A stretch of DNA of 64,000 bases, from assembly GCA_047601445.1 (NCBI GenBank), contig JASGJH010000001.1, forward strand, positions 864,001-928,000, read 5' to 3'. The notes below the pieces were generated by a model. It was not told the DNA's origin, did no database searches, and was given only the letters and a program-made list of their open reading frames with translations. This document shows positions 18,889-29,097 of the stretch, in pieces (position 1 is the first letter of the stretch; each line of letters opens with the position of its first letter). A program made the position numbers and the translations under genes. The DNA comes from Myxococcales bacterium. Its GTDB lineage: Bacteria; Myxococcota_A; Polyangia; Polyangiales; DASUME01.

Positions 18889-20325
18889 TCAGGTCTCCCC
18901 CAGCGCGCGCTGGTACACGTGGCGAACCTTGGCGGCGGAGGCCTCCCAGTGGACCCGGCGAACCTCCTCGCGCGCCATGTCGACGATGCTGCGCCGGAGC
19001 TCGGGGTAACTCAGGATGGCGATGATCTGACTGGCCAGCTTGTTGATGTCCCAGAAGTCCACCTTGAGCGCGTGCCGCAGGATTTCCGAGGCGCCCGACT
19101 GGCGTGACAAGATGACGGGCGTCTCGTAGCTCATGGCCTCGAGCGCCGAGATGCCAAAGGGCTCCGACACACTCGGCATGACGTAGGCATCGGCGGTGGA
19201 GAACAGGTGCTCGACTTCGGCTCCGCGCACGAAGCCAGGGAACTCGAAGGCTGCCTCGATGCCGAGCTCACGCACCCGGGCCTGCATCCGCGGCAACATG
19301 TCTCCGCTGCCCGCCATCACGAAGCGCGCATCGGGCACCTTTTCGAGCACCTTGGCCGCCGCCTCGACGAAGTACTCCGGGCCCTTCTGATAGGTGATGC
19401 GACCCAGGAACAACACCAGGGGCCCGCGGTTCGGATGCGCCTCCTCATAGGCGTTCACCGTGCGCCGCGCGTAGACTCCGTTGTGCACCACGTCGATGCG
19501 CTCGAGCGGCACGCCGTGCACTTCGTGAATCATCCGCGCCGTGTAGTGGCTGACCGCGATCACGCGCGTCGCGGCGCGCAGTCCGGCACCTTCGATGGCG
19601 GCGATGGTGGGGTTGGAGTTGCCGCCGCTGCGGTCCTGCTCGAGGCTGTGTACGTGCAGCACCAGGGGCACGCCGTGAAAGCGCGCCACCTGCGTCGCGG
19701 CCGGGAAGGTCATCCAGTCGTGGGCGTGGACCACGTCGGGGCGGCGCTCGCGCGTGGACTGGGCCACACGGGCTGCGTAGCGGGCGACCTCCTGGAAGAG
19801 GTCCTCTCCATAGTGGATGCCGCGCGCGGTGTCGGCCTGCGGGCTCGCCTGCCGGCGCTGTGCGGGCGGGCTCGCGAGGTCGTTCTCGCCCAGGAGCAGC
19901 GGCAGGGGATCGAAGCCGTCGAAATACTCGAGCGTGGCGCGGTCGCCGCGGCGCTCCATCATGGCCACGAGGCCCTGGTACTCCGCGGTGGAGAGATAGG
20001 GCGAGAGCAGCGCGGGAATGGCGGTGGTGCGCAGGCCGCCGGGTCGCTCGTCGTCCTCTCCTCCAGAGGTCACGCTGAGGGCACGAAACGGTGACTCGCC
20101 GCTGCTCGGACTACCCGCGCGCGGAGGAAACGACTCCGAGCTCATCAGCGCCATGTGCGGTGCGCGCTCGGTGCCGTACAGGTGGGGCACCACGAAGTCG
20201 ATGTCCACGGCCAGCGGGGCCAGCGCCGTGGTGAGTCCCTCGCATGCCGTTCCCAGACCTCCGCTGATTTGAGGCGGGTATTCCCAGCCGAGCATCAGAA
20301 CCTGAATTCGCTGCCCGTTCTTCAT
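18889..20325 (-). CDS. Glycosyltransferase family 4 (glycogen-synthase-like)
   Basis: MLGWEYPPQISGGLGTAC, HAHDWMT, FLGRITYQKGPEYF, MPSVSEPFGI. Confidence 0.95.
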   Translation of the reverse strand: MKNGQRIQVLMLGWEYPPQISGGLGTACEGLTTALAPLAVDIDFVVPHLYGTERAPHMALMSSESFPPRAGSPSSGESPFRALSVTSGGEDDERPGGLRTTAIPALLSPYLSTAEYQGLVAMMERRGDRATLEYFDGFDPLPLLLGENDLASPPAQRRQASPQADTARGIHYGEDLFQEVARYAARVAQSTRERRPDVVHAHDWMTFPAATQVARFHGVPLVLHVHSLEQDRSGGNSNPTIAAIEGAGLRAATRVIAVSHYTARMIHEVHGVPLERIDVVHNGVYARRTVNAYEEAHPNRGPLVLFLGRITYQKGPEYFVEAAAKVLEKVPDARFVMAGSGDMLPRMQARVRELGIEAAFEFPGFVRGAEVEHLFSTADAYVMPSVSEPFGISALEAMSYETPVILSRQSGASEILRHALKVDFWDINKLASQIIAILSYPELRRSIVDMAREEVRRVHWEASAAKVRHVYQRALGET

Positions 20326-20688
20326 GCGCCTTGGTCCTCGCGGAAGTCTGGTACGCCCCTGTTTCGCGGCCGTTTCTCTCCAGTTATTTCTCTCGAGTCA
20401 CCCACTCGATCCGCCCCCGCGAAGCCCCCGTGGGCCCCACCCAAAGAAAGGACGGCTGAAAAGCCCGGATCACGTCGAAGCGCGGGCAGTTGCACCTCGC
20501 TGCAACCCCCGCTCACAACGTGCCTATCGGTGTACTCCAGCGCAAGCCAACTAGGCCATCTTTTCGCCGTGAGTTCGCAGAGAAAGCGCGGCTGACGCCT
20601 GCGCCGTGCCGGAGCCGAGCAGACGTCTCCGGTCAGCGAGGTGGATCGGACACGCTCCCGAAAAGGAGCTGGCCTGGGGACTTTCGGC

Positions 20689-22614
20689 TCAGATGTCCAG
20701 GCGAACGCCGATTTCCACGACCTGCTCGGGATGCAACCCGTAGTAGAGCGCGGCGGAGCGGGCGTTGCGGTTCATGAACGCGAACAGACGCTTTCTCCAG
20801 TGGGCCATCTTGGCCTTGCCGGTGGGCTGGACGCTGCTGTGGCCCACGAACACCGTCGCGTCCTTGGGCTCCACGGGCAGGCCGTTGTCGCGGCAGTGCT
20901 CGAGCACGCGTTGCACGCTGGGCGACTCCATGAAGCCGTAGCGGGCGGCCACCCGGATGAAGCCGTCGCCGAGCTCCTCCACCTCGATGCGCAGGGCGTC
21001 GGCTACGCGCGGCACACGCTCGGTCTGGATGGTCAGGAGAATCACGCGCTCGTGCAGCGCATGGGAGTGCTTCACGTAGTGCACCAGCGTGGGAGGCGCA
21101 CCGTGGTCATCGCGGGCCAAAAACACCGAAGTGCCCGGGACGCGCGCGATGTGGGCCAAGGACAAGCTCTGGAGAAACTCCGCTAGCGGCACGTTGAGGG
21201 ACACGTGGTGACGACGCACGGCCTCGGCGCCCGCGTGCCAGCTGGTCATGATCGCCACGAAGAAGGCGCCCATCAAGATGGGGAACCAGCCGCCGTGGGC
21301 GATCTTGATCAGATTGGCCGCCAGGAAGCCCAAGTCGATGGTGAGGAACGTGCCGACCAGAAGGACCGTCTTCGGCGTGCCCCAGCCGCGTCGCATGGCC
21401 GCGAAGAAGAGGATGCTGGTGACCCCCATGGTGCCCGTCACCGCGATGCCGTAGGCAGCTGCTAGCGCGGACGACGAGCGGAAACCCAACACCAGGCCGA
21501 TGCACGAGATCATCAACAAGGCATTGATCTGGGGCACGTAGATGCGCCCCTCCATGTCCTTGGAGGTGTGTACGATGGTCATGCGCGGCAGGTAGCCGAG
21601 CTGGACCGCCTGCTGCGTCAGGGAATAGACACCACTGATCAATGCCTGGGCCGCGACCGCCGCGGCGCAAGTGGCGATCACGACGGCAGGGTAGAGCAGC
21701 ATATCGGGCACCATCTCGAAGAAGATGTTGCCGATGGCGCTGTTCGGATGCGCCAGCACGTAGGCCCCTTGGCCGAAGTAGCTCATCAAGAGAGCCGGGA
21801 AGACCACCACGTACCAGGCCCAGCGGATGGGGCGACGTCCGAAATGTCCCAAGTCGGCGTAGAGCGCTTCGCCGCCTGTCACGCAAAGCACGACACTGCC
21901 GAGCACCGTGAAGCCGTGGGCGCTCTCGATCAACAGGTGCACCGCGTGGCGCGGGTCGATGGCCATCAAGACGCGGGGCTCACGCATGATCCATGGGGCG
22001 CCGAGCGCCGCGATCATGGCGAACCAAAGGGTGACCATGGGCCCGAATAGGGCTCCGATACGGCCGGTGCCGCGCTTTTGCACCGCGAACAGGCCCACCA
22101 GGATCAGCACCGAGATTGGGATCACCAGCGGTCGGATCCGGGGCGTGGCCACCTCCAGACCTTCCACCGCCGAGAGCACCGAGATGGCAGGGGTGATCAT
22201 GCCGTCGGCCATGAGCAATGCAGCCCCGGCCAATCCGAACCACAACAGCACGCCGCGGCGCGCGGACACGGAGCGGCCCTTGCGTCGCGCCAGGGTGAGC
22301 AAGGCCAGCACGCCGCCTTCGCCGTGGTTGTCGGCGCGCAGGATGAACGTGAGGTACTTGACCACGACCACCAGGATCAGCGACCAGAAGATCAGCGAGA
22401 CCACGCCGAGCACGTGCTCCTGATTCGGGCCAACGTGCACCAGGGACTCGCGGACGGCGTACAGGGGCGACGTGCCGATGTCGCCGTAGACGACGCCGAT
22501 GGCGCCGAGGGCGAGGGCCGAGAGAGACTTGAGCGACAGATTGCTATCGACCCCGTGAGCAGGGTCCGCTTCGGCCTGGCTCGAAAAATCCGAGGCCTTG
22601 GATTCCGTGGACAA
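20689..22614 (-). CDS. kup: KUP/HAK/KT potassium transporter
   Basis: GVVYGDIGTSPLY, ADNHGEGG, DGMITPAISVLSAVEG, GGEALYADLGHFG, AYGIAV, YGFME. Confidence 0.97.
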   Translation of the reverse strand: MSTESKASDFSSQAEADPAHGVDSNLSLKSLSALALGAIGVVYGDIGTSPLYAVRESLVHVGPNQEHVLGVVSLIFWSLILVVVVKYLTFILRADNHGEGGVLALLTLARRKGRSVSARRGVLLWFGLAGAALLMADGMITPAISVLSAVEGLEVATPRIRPLVIPISVLILVGLFAVQKRGTGRIGALFGPMVTLWFAMIAALGAPWIMREPRVLMAIDPRHAVHLLIESAHGFTVLGSVVLCVTGGEALYADLGHFGRRPIRWAWYVVVFPALLMSYFGQGAYVLAHPNSAIGNIFFEMVPDMLLYPAVVIATCAAAVAAQALISGVYSLTQQAVQLGYLPRMTIVHTSKDMEGRIYVPQINALLMISCIGLVLGFRSSSALAAAYGIAVTGTMGVTSILFFAAMRRGWGTPKTVLLVGTFLTIDLGFLAANLIKIAHGGWFPILMGAFFVAIMTSWHAGAEAVRRHHVSLNVPLAEFLQSLSLAHIARVPGTSVFLARDDHGAPPTLVHYVKHSHALHERVILLTIQTERVPRVADALRIEVEELGDGFIRVAARYGFMESPSVQRVLEHCRDNGLPVEPKDATVFVGHSSVQPTGKAKMAHWRKRLFAFMNRNARSAALYYGLHPEQVVEIGVRLDI

Positions 22615-22748
22615 GAGGTCTCCGTTCGGGCGTTTCTTCGGGCCTCCAGCATAGCTCGTTCCGTGGGCCCCCGCCGGCCCTCACCCGCGCAAAGCCTGGC
22701 GCAAGAGACGTCCCCTGACTGGAGTGAAGCACTGCGAACGCGAGCGGG

Positions 22749-24092
22749 TCAGTTGGCCGTGCGCGAGCGCGGCAGGACCTTACTCACGGTGAAGCGTTCC
22801 ACCCGGTAGGGTTCACTCGGAGAAATCCCGCCCTTTTGCAGTGCCACGCGCAGCTGGTCGGCCACGGTATCGATGCCCTCGATATTGGGCAACAGGACAC
22901 CGCGGCGTAGCCCACGGGTCACGATGACACCGTAGCGGTGCGGGTCCAGATCGTCGTGGCTCGCCACGGCCTCCGGATCGTCCAGGATGCTCACGTCGAT
23001 GGTGAGCTCGGAAAGCTCCTCAGGCTCGACCGCGGGTACGCGATAGTCACGCGTGGCGGCGGCCGTTGCACAGTCGGCGACCTCCTCGGCGAGGGTCGCG
23101 TGAATCGGCTCGGTGCGTCCGATACAGCCGCGCAGTTCACCTGCGGCATCGCGCAGGCACACGAAGACGGCGCGCGCGTCGTGCCATGGCGCGTCGAGGT
23201 GGGGGGGAACGTAGAGGTCGCCGACGAGTTCTTTCTCGATGGCTTGCCGGGCCACGTCGAGCAAGGTGGAAGGCGGCGTGCGGTGTCTGATCTCGGCGCG
23301 ATCGGAGTAGAGGAGGGCTTCCAGGTAACCCACGCCGAAGGGGCTCTCGTAGGAGAACACCTTGAGTCCGCGCGCTCGAAAGGCGATCGCACCCGCGGCT
23401 ACCGCGGTGGATTGGATCACGTCCTCGGCCGCGGTGTCGGCTAGCGCGGGATCGATGCCGATGGCGCTACGTAGATCCCCTGCGCGCACGAATTCCACGA
23501 AAGTCTCGTCGAAGTGCGTGGCTCGAGGGTCGTAACCGAGCGGAGCGTCCAGCGTGAGTCGGTGGCTCATGTCACCCGACGCCAGCACCGCCCAGCGTTC
23601 TCCCAGCGAGAGCGCGGCCTCGCGTAGCACCTCTCCGAACAGCACCTCGGTCTGCAGTCCGGGCAGCGGTGGCGCTACCACCACGACTGGACCGCGGTAG
23701 CCGGCCTCGTGCACGAAGTAGAGCGGCACGAGCGTCCCGTGATCGAGCGCGTCACCGGGCAGCTCGCGGGTGGACAGTCCATAGCCGCGTGCCGCCGTGA
23801 CGATGGCTTCTGCGGCCAGACGTGATCCACGCACGCGCAGGTCGAGCTCCGGAAAGCCGAAGCGAGCGAAGCTGCCGCGCAGCTCGTGGGCGCCGACGAT
23901 GCCCCAGCTCTGCTCGTGACGGGGTGCGTGAGGGCTGACCAGCACGATCAGCTGCGGCTCGTGGGCGACGAGCGCACGCGCGGCTTCACGCATCGCGCGC
24001 GTGGTCTCCGCGCAGTCCGATTCACGCAGGCCTCCGATGGGGGGGACGACGATCGGAGCGTGGCACATGAGTACGGCGCAGGAGATCGACAT
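22749..24092 (-). CDS. amrA: AmmeMemoRadiSam B/A fusion (LigB/MEMO1-like domain + AMMECR1 domain)
   Basis: N-terminal HAPIVVP, SPH, LDHG, ASGDMSH, SYESPFGVGY; C-terminal ELRGCIG, LDPHRYGVIV..RRGVLLP. Confidence 0.9.
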   Translation of the reverse strand: MSISCAVLMCHAPIVVPPIGGLRESDCAETTRAMREAARALVAHEPQLIVLVSPHAPRHEQSWGIVGAHELRGSFARFGFPELDLRVRGSRLAAEAIVTAARGYGLSTRELPGDALDHGTLVPLYFVHEAGYRGPVVVVAPPLPGLQTEVLFGEVLREAALSLGERWAVLASGDMSHRLTLDAPLGYDPRATHFDETFVEFVRAGDLRSAIGIDPALADTAAEDVIQSTAVAAGAIAFRARGLKVFSYESPFGVGYLEALLYSDRAEIRHRTPPSTLLDVARQAIEKELVGDLYVPPHLDAPWHDARAVFVCLRDAAGELRGCIGRTEPIHATLAEEVADCATAAATRDYRVPAVEPEELSELTIDVSILDDPEAVASHDDLDPHRYGVIVTRGLRRGVLLPNIEGIDTVADQLRVALQKGGISPSEPYRVERFTVSKVLPRSRTAN

Positions 24093-24096
24093 GACT

Positions 24097-25197
24097 TCAG
24101 ACCCTTTCGTGAATCGGTAGCCGGACGCGGCGAGGCCCCCATGAACCGGGCTTGGCCGCGAAGTGCCCCGCAAGTTGGTGACCGCAGAACCGACACGCGC
24201 CGGCGCCGGTGAGTTCGTAGTTGGACAGCAGGTACCAATCGCGCTGAATCAAGCGTTCGCCGCAAGCCGCGCAGTAGGTGGACTGACCGTCGACGTCGTG
24301 GACGTTGCCGGTGTACACGTGTTTGAGGCCGATAGCGAGCGCTTGGTTACGGGCGCGAGTGAGGGTGCTCGCGGGCGTGGGGGGGACGGATGTGAGCTTG
24401 AAATCCGGGTGGAAAGCAGTGAAGTGGAGCGGCGTCTCGGCGCCCAAGTTCTCGAGGAACCAGGAGCACAAACGCTCGACCTCGGCTTCGGAGTCGTTGT
24501 GTTCGGGGATGAGTAAGGTGGTGACTTCGAACCAGACCCGCGTTTCTTGCTTCAACCACACCAGCGTGTCCAGCACAGGTTGCAGTTCGGCGAAGCAAAG
24601 TTTTTTGTAGAAGCCCTCGGTGAACGCCTTGAGATCCACGTTCGCGGCGTCCATCGGTCGATAGAACGCTTCGCGCGCTTTGTCCCCGATATAGCCCGCC
24701 GTGACCGCCACGGTGCGTACGCCCTGTTCGCGCGCTGCCTCGGCGCAGTCGATGGCGTACTCCGCGAAAATCGTGGGATCGTTGTAGGTAAACGCGATGC
24801 TGCGACAGTCCGCGGCTTTGGCATGACGCGCGATGCTCTCGGGGCTCGCCGAGTCGGTCAGGCGATCCTGCTCGCGCGCTTTCGAGATGTCCCAATTCTG
24901 ACAGAAGCGACAGCCGAGATTGCAGCCCGCGGTGCCGAACGACAACACGCTCGTTCCAGGGAGAAAATGGTTGAGCGGCTTCTTCTCGATCGGATCGATG
25001 CAGAAGCCGGAGGCCTTGCCGTAGCTCGTCAACACCACGCCACCGTCCCGCGCTTCACGCACGAAACAGAAACCGCGCTGGCCTTCACTCAGTCGACAGT
25101 GCCGCGGACACAGGTCGCACTGGACCTTGCCGCCCTCGAGGGTGTGCCAAAACTCGCCGCGCACCACGTGCGGCGTCATGAAATGCCGAGTTCCCAC
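24097..25197 (-). CDS. amrS: AmmeMemoRadiSam radical SAM enzyme
   Basis: CDLCPRHC, IDPIEKKPL, GCNLGCRFCQNW, FTYNDP, FTAFHPDF, VYTGN. Start may be 25179. Confidence 0.95.
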   Translation of the reverse strand: MGTRHFMTPHVVRGEFWHTLEGGKVQCDLCPRHCRLSEGQRGFCFVREARDGGVVLTSYGKASGFCIDPIEKKPLNHFLPGTSVLSFGTAGCNLGCRFCQNWDISKAREQDRLTDSASPESIARHAKAADCRSIAFTYNDPTIFAEYAIDCAEAAREQGVRTVAVTAGYIGDKAREAFYRPMDAANVDLKAFTEGFYKKLCFAELQPVLDTLVWLKQETRVWFEVTTLLIPEHNDSEAEVERLCSWFLENLGAETPLHFTAFHPDFKLTSVPPTPASTLTRARNQALAIGLKHVYTGNVHDVDGQSTYCAACGERLIQRDWYLLSNYELTGAGACRFCGHQLAGHFAAKPGSWGPRRVRLPIHERV

Positions 25198-25288
25198 AGC
25201 GCAAACGTAACCACGCTCGCAGCGTAGGAAGTGGCTTTTTCTCTGAGATGGTAGCGGAGGCCCTGCGAGAGCGACGCGTCAGATGCGC

Positions 25289-27158
25289 TTACGAGGCGTC
25301 CGCAACGAAGGATTGGACGCTGCTCTTCAGGGCTTCCGACTCGAAGATGGGGCCGGAGCAAGCTGCGTCCGAGCAGAGGTACACGGCGGGACGCTCGGGA
25401 TACGGATAGTGCCCCGTTCCTGGTTCGAAGTGGGCCACGATTCCCTGCGGAAGAAACAGCGCTCGTGCCCGCTCCAATAGGGCTTTTGTCCGTAGATCTG
25501 CGGCGGGTCCGACCACGGATAGCATCACATGGGGAGCGCTCGCCTGTTCCAGGGCGAGCAGGTAGTCACCGATGTTGCGTCCCTCGGCGGCAATCACGCG
25601 TTCCTGCGCGAGCGAGCGCAGTGTTCGCAGGGCGGCCTCACGCAATGCAGCATCGTCGTTTCGCTGTCCCCGCCTCAGGAGGAGGCGCGCCATCGAAGCG
25701 TTCTCTCGCACGGGCTTCAGCGGATCGCCGAAGACGCCTCTGGCTCCGAATTGAGCGCTGCGCGCGTGGAAGCCACCACGCTCACGGTCTTCGAGGAGCG
25801 CGCGCGTGGCCTCCAGGGTTTGGTCGGCGGCCTGGGTCCATTCGACAGCGTGCTCCGTATTCAGCGCCGCGAGCGCGTCGAGCGCCGCAATCATCTCCAC
25901 TTGGTCGCTCAGGAAGAAGCCTTCGGGTTCGCGCGCGCCTGCCTGCGCCTGGTGGGCGAACAGCGGCCCACGTCGGAGCGCACGGTCGACGTCTGCGAGC
26001 GCGGCCTCTGACGCTTCGCGCCAGCGTGCTTGGCCGGTCACTTGAGAGAGCTCACACAACCCGCGGATCAGCATGCCGTTGAGGTCCGCGTACGCGTGCC
26101 GATCCGAGATCCGGCGCAGGCACGCCGCGACGCTCGGCCGCGGTCAGCGCGTGAAAGCGCTCTCCCGCCATGTGATGGGGCTCGCCGGGCGTGCCCACGT
26201 CAGCCGCTTGGCTCGCGTAGAACGCTCCCGAAGGGCTCTGCAGTGTGCTCACCACGTAGTTGGCCACGCGCTCGGCGGCCTCGCGCCAGCGGGTGTCGCC
26301 CGTGGCCGCATAGGCAGCGCTGAAGTCGAGCAGCGCATCCGCCTGGATTCGCGCGAGCTTCTCGAAGTGGGGCCGCGTCCACACCCCGCGTAGTGAGTAC
26401 TGGAACATGCCGCCGTCGATGGGATCGATCAGCGCCACGTGGCCTCGCAGGCTGGTGAGCGCCTGCTCCAGGCGCTCGGGCTCGCGCTGCACGGCGAAGC
26501 GAAAGAGTGCGTGCTGCACAGGCGCGGATAGCGGGTACTTTTGGGGCCCGCCCCAGCCACCTTGAGTACGGTCGTAGTACTGGTCCAGCTGCGCCAACGC
26601 GAAGGTTCGGATGGGCTCGAGGTCGCCGACCAGGTGCGAATCGGCGTCGGAGTTGGGCTCGGGGACGCGTGGTGCCCGGCCCTCATGCACGTGCGAGAGG
26701 AGCTCGTCGAGTAGCCTTGCGAACGAGGGCGCGGATTGGTGACCGCGCAACGTGACGATGGCCTGCGCTTCGGAGGTGAGGATGGCGGTGGCTGGCCAAC
26801 CCCACGCCAGGTAGCGCTGGCGCAGCTCCGGGTTTTCATCCTGATCCACGCGCATGGCCACGAAGCCTCGGGACACAGCCGCGGCGACGCGCGGGTCCTG
26901 GTACGTGGTGGCATTCATCACGTGGCACCAGTGGCAGAAGCCGGCCTGCACGCTGAGCAGGATGAGTTTGTGTTCGCGCCGGGCCTCTTCGAGCGCCTCG
27001 GGTCCGAAGGGCCGCCACGCGATGCGGGGGGGCGACCCGTGCGGAGGTTGAGGGATGACCGGCGCGCGCACGCAGGCGGCGAGCCAGCCGAGCAGCAGCC
27101 AGGTCAGCCAGCGCGAGCTTCGGGGGGCAGCAGGGCGAGCCGGAGGGCGGACGGTCAT
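25289..27158 (-). CDS. Thioredoxin-domain (DUF255) YyaL/SSP411-like protein, frameshifted at ~26103
   Basis: FCHWCHVM, GWPAT, GGWGGPQKYP, DPIDGGMFQYS, PHFEK, GAFYASQAAD. Continues after a one-base correction as D(R)HAYADLNGMLI...DRERGGF...ENASMA...VYLCSDAACS. Confidence 0.85.
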
Positions 27159-27371
27159 GGCCTCTCTACGGGGCGCCGGGCGGACCAGATCACCCGCCCA
27201 GGGCGAGAGCTTGCACACCAATCGCCGGCTTGCGTCCTGGACTTGGGGGCGGGCTAGGGGGCCGGTGGTGGGGGGCTGGCCCACATAGAGGGGCGCGCAG
27301 CGTGGCGTGCGTGCACTTTTGGAGACCCGCGCCGGTGACCTGTGCCACGCTACCAAAAGAGCTTTATTTCC

Positions 27372-28721
27372 ATGCCCAAGCCACTGAAGGCCCTGTTCGA
27401 CGTCCGCCGTTCCGAGCTCGCTCCCACGCTGCTCATGTCGGGGTACTTCTTCCTGGTCATCACGTGCTTTTGGATCCTGAAGCCGATCAAGAAGTCGCTC
27501 TTCTTGGAGTTCTATCGACCCGGCCTCACGTTGGCGCTGCCCGGGTTCGGATTGGGTAGCGCGGGGCAGCTCGCGCTGACGGCGGCGGAGCTGGAGCTCG
27601 GCGCCAAAGTCGTCAACATGATCGTGGCGGCCCTGGCGGCCCTGGTGTTCGTGGGCATCGCCCGACGCTGTCGTCGCGAACAGCTGACCTACGTGTTCGG
27701 CGCCTCTTCGCTGGGTGCCTTCTTCCTGTTTACGCGCTTCATCGATGCGCCCTCGGCGGCCTCGGTCTGGTCGTTCTATCTGTTCGGCGACCTCTTCAAC
27801 ATGCTGATGGTGGCGTCGTTCTTCGCCTACTTGAACGACATCGTGTCGTCCTCGGTGGCGCGCCGTATCTACGCCTTCGTGGTGTTGGGCGGCGTGATCG
27901 GCGGCGTGTTCGGTTCCACCGTCGTGAAGGCCCGCATCTCGGTGTTCTCCACCTCGATGTGGCTCTGGATTTGCTGCGCGGCCACGTTCTGCATCATGGG
28001 GTTCGCCCTGTGGGTCTCGCGCTTGAAGCTGCCTGTGACGCAGCACAAGCCCGAGGAGGCGGAGGTCGTCGTGACGGCCGGCATGCGCACGGGCGCGGCC
28101 GGCGCGCGGGTCGTGCTGGGGTCGCGCTATTTGCAGGCCATCGCCTGCATCGTGGCCATCTACGAGATTGTCTCCACGGTGATGGACTTCCAGTTCAGCG
28201 CCACCGTCAGCCACTACCTGGAGGGCGCGGCCATCAAGGAGCAGTTGGCCTCGGTGTTCCTGGTGACGAACGTGGTGTCGCTCCTGGTGCAGCTCCTGTT
28301 CACGCGCTTCGTGATGCAAGAGCTCGGCATCCGCGCGGCCCTGAGCGTGTTGCCCTTCGTGGTGCTGGTGGTGGCCGGCGGTTTCGCCATCATGCCGCTG
28401 CTGTGGGTGGGAAGCTCCCTGAGCATCGCGGACAACGCGCTGAACTACTCGGTGAACCAGTCGGCGCGTGAGTCGCTGTACGTGCCCGCCAGCGCGCTCG
28501 AGAAGTACCAGGCGAAGGCCTTCATCGACATCTTCGTGCAGCGCTCGGCCAAGGCCGTGGGCGTGGTGCTGAGCTTCGCCATGAGCCTGTGGATCCGCGA
28601 CGACCTCACCGCCGTGCGTTACTTGAGCCTGGTGGTGGTGGGGCTCTCGTTCGTGTGGCTGTGGCTGGCCCGCTACGCCGGCAACCGCTTCAACGAACTC
28701 TCGGCCAGCCCCGCGGAGTGA
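27372..28721 (+). CDS. Npt1/Npt2-like (TLC/AAA family) nucleotide transporter, MFS-like
   Basis: FWILKPIKKSLF, about 12 TMs, NYSVNQSARESLYVP, EKYQAKAFIDIFVQRSAK. Confidence 0.8.
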   Translation: MPKPLKALFDVRRSELAPTLLMSGYFFLVITCFWILKPIKKSLFLEFYRPGLTLALPGFGLGSAGQLALTAAELELGAKVVNMIVAALAALVFVGIARRCRREQLTYVFGASSLGAFFLFTRFIDAPSAASVWSFYLFGDLFNMLMVASFFAYLNDIVSSSVARRIYAFVVLGGVIGGVFGSTVVKARISVFSTSMWLWICCAATFCIMGFALWVSRLKLPVTQHKPEEAEVVVTAGMRTGAAGARVVLGSRYLQAIACIVAIYEIVSTVMDFQFSATVSHYLEGAAIKEQLASVFLVTNVVSLLVQLLFTRFVMQELGIRAALSVLPFVVLVVAGGFAIMPLLWVGSSLSIADNALNYSVNQSARESLYVPASALEKYQAKAFIDIFVQRSAKAVGVVLSFAMSLWIRDDLTAVRYLSLVVVGLSFVWLWLARYAGNRFNELSASPAE

Positions 28722-28877
28722 CTTCCCTCGGGGCGGGGGCGGGTTTCCGCCAGCTTCGCTGTCGCGCGTGGTCCTGGTCGTGGACTTCGGGCTGAGCTCG
28801 TCGTGGCGCTGCGCCACAAGCACCCCACCTCCTACGCCAGCACCCAGGCCTGACGTTACCGGCGGCCAGCACGATAA

Positions 28878-28919
28878 GTCTTCGGTTGCTCACGGAGACT
28901 CAACTGAGCAACCGGAGAC
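28878..28919. repeat. 15-bp inverted repeat (hairpin) in the intergenic region upstream of imuA
   Basis: GTCTTCGGTTGCTCA (28878-28892) pairs with TGAGCAACCGGAGAC (28905-28919), one G-U pair, 12-nt loop. Confidence 0.8.
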
Positions 28920-29012
28920 ATGGGTAACGGCGCTCACGCAGCCTGATCTACCCGCTCATACGCGCTTCGTGAGTTCGCGCAGGGACTCACCCGTGCCATC
29001 GAGCCTGCACAC

Positions 29013-29041
29013 TTGACCACTGTCATCGCGTTCAGTAGCCT
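29013..29041 (+). promoter_or_regulatory. Candidate sigma70 promoter of imuA with LexA (SOS) box in the spacer
   Basis: TTGACC (29013-29018), 17 bp, TAGCCT (29036-29041). CTGTCATCGCGTTCAGT (29020-29036) matches 14/17 positions of the Myxococcus LexA consensus CTRHAMRYBYGTTCAGS. Confidence 0.7.
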
Positions 29042-29097
29042 GGAAGATCTCAGCGCTCCTCAGGGCAAGGGAGCGCTTCTGCGGGGGTCTCGAGAAA

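Noticed and set aside
22615..22748. c-di-AMP (ydaO) riboswitch upstream of kup
   Set aside because: No recognisable consensus elements in the 134-bp gap.
26052..28823. 923-aa minus-strand ORF
   Set aside because: A chimera: the first ~555 aa are the antisense shadow of the nucleotide transporter, and only 27158 downward is the real YyaL-like N-terminus.
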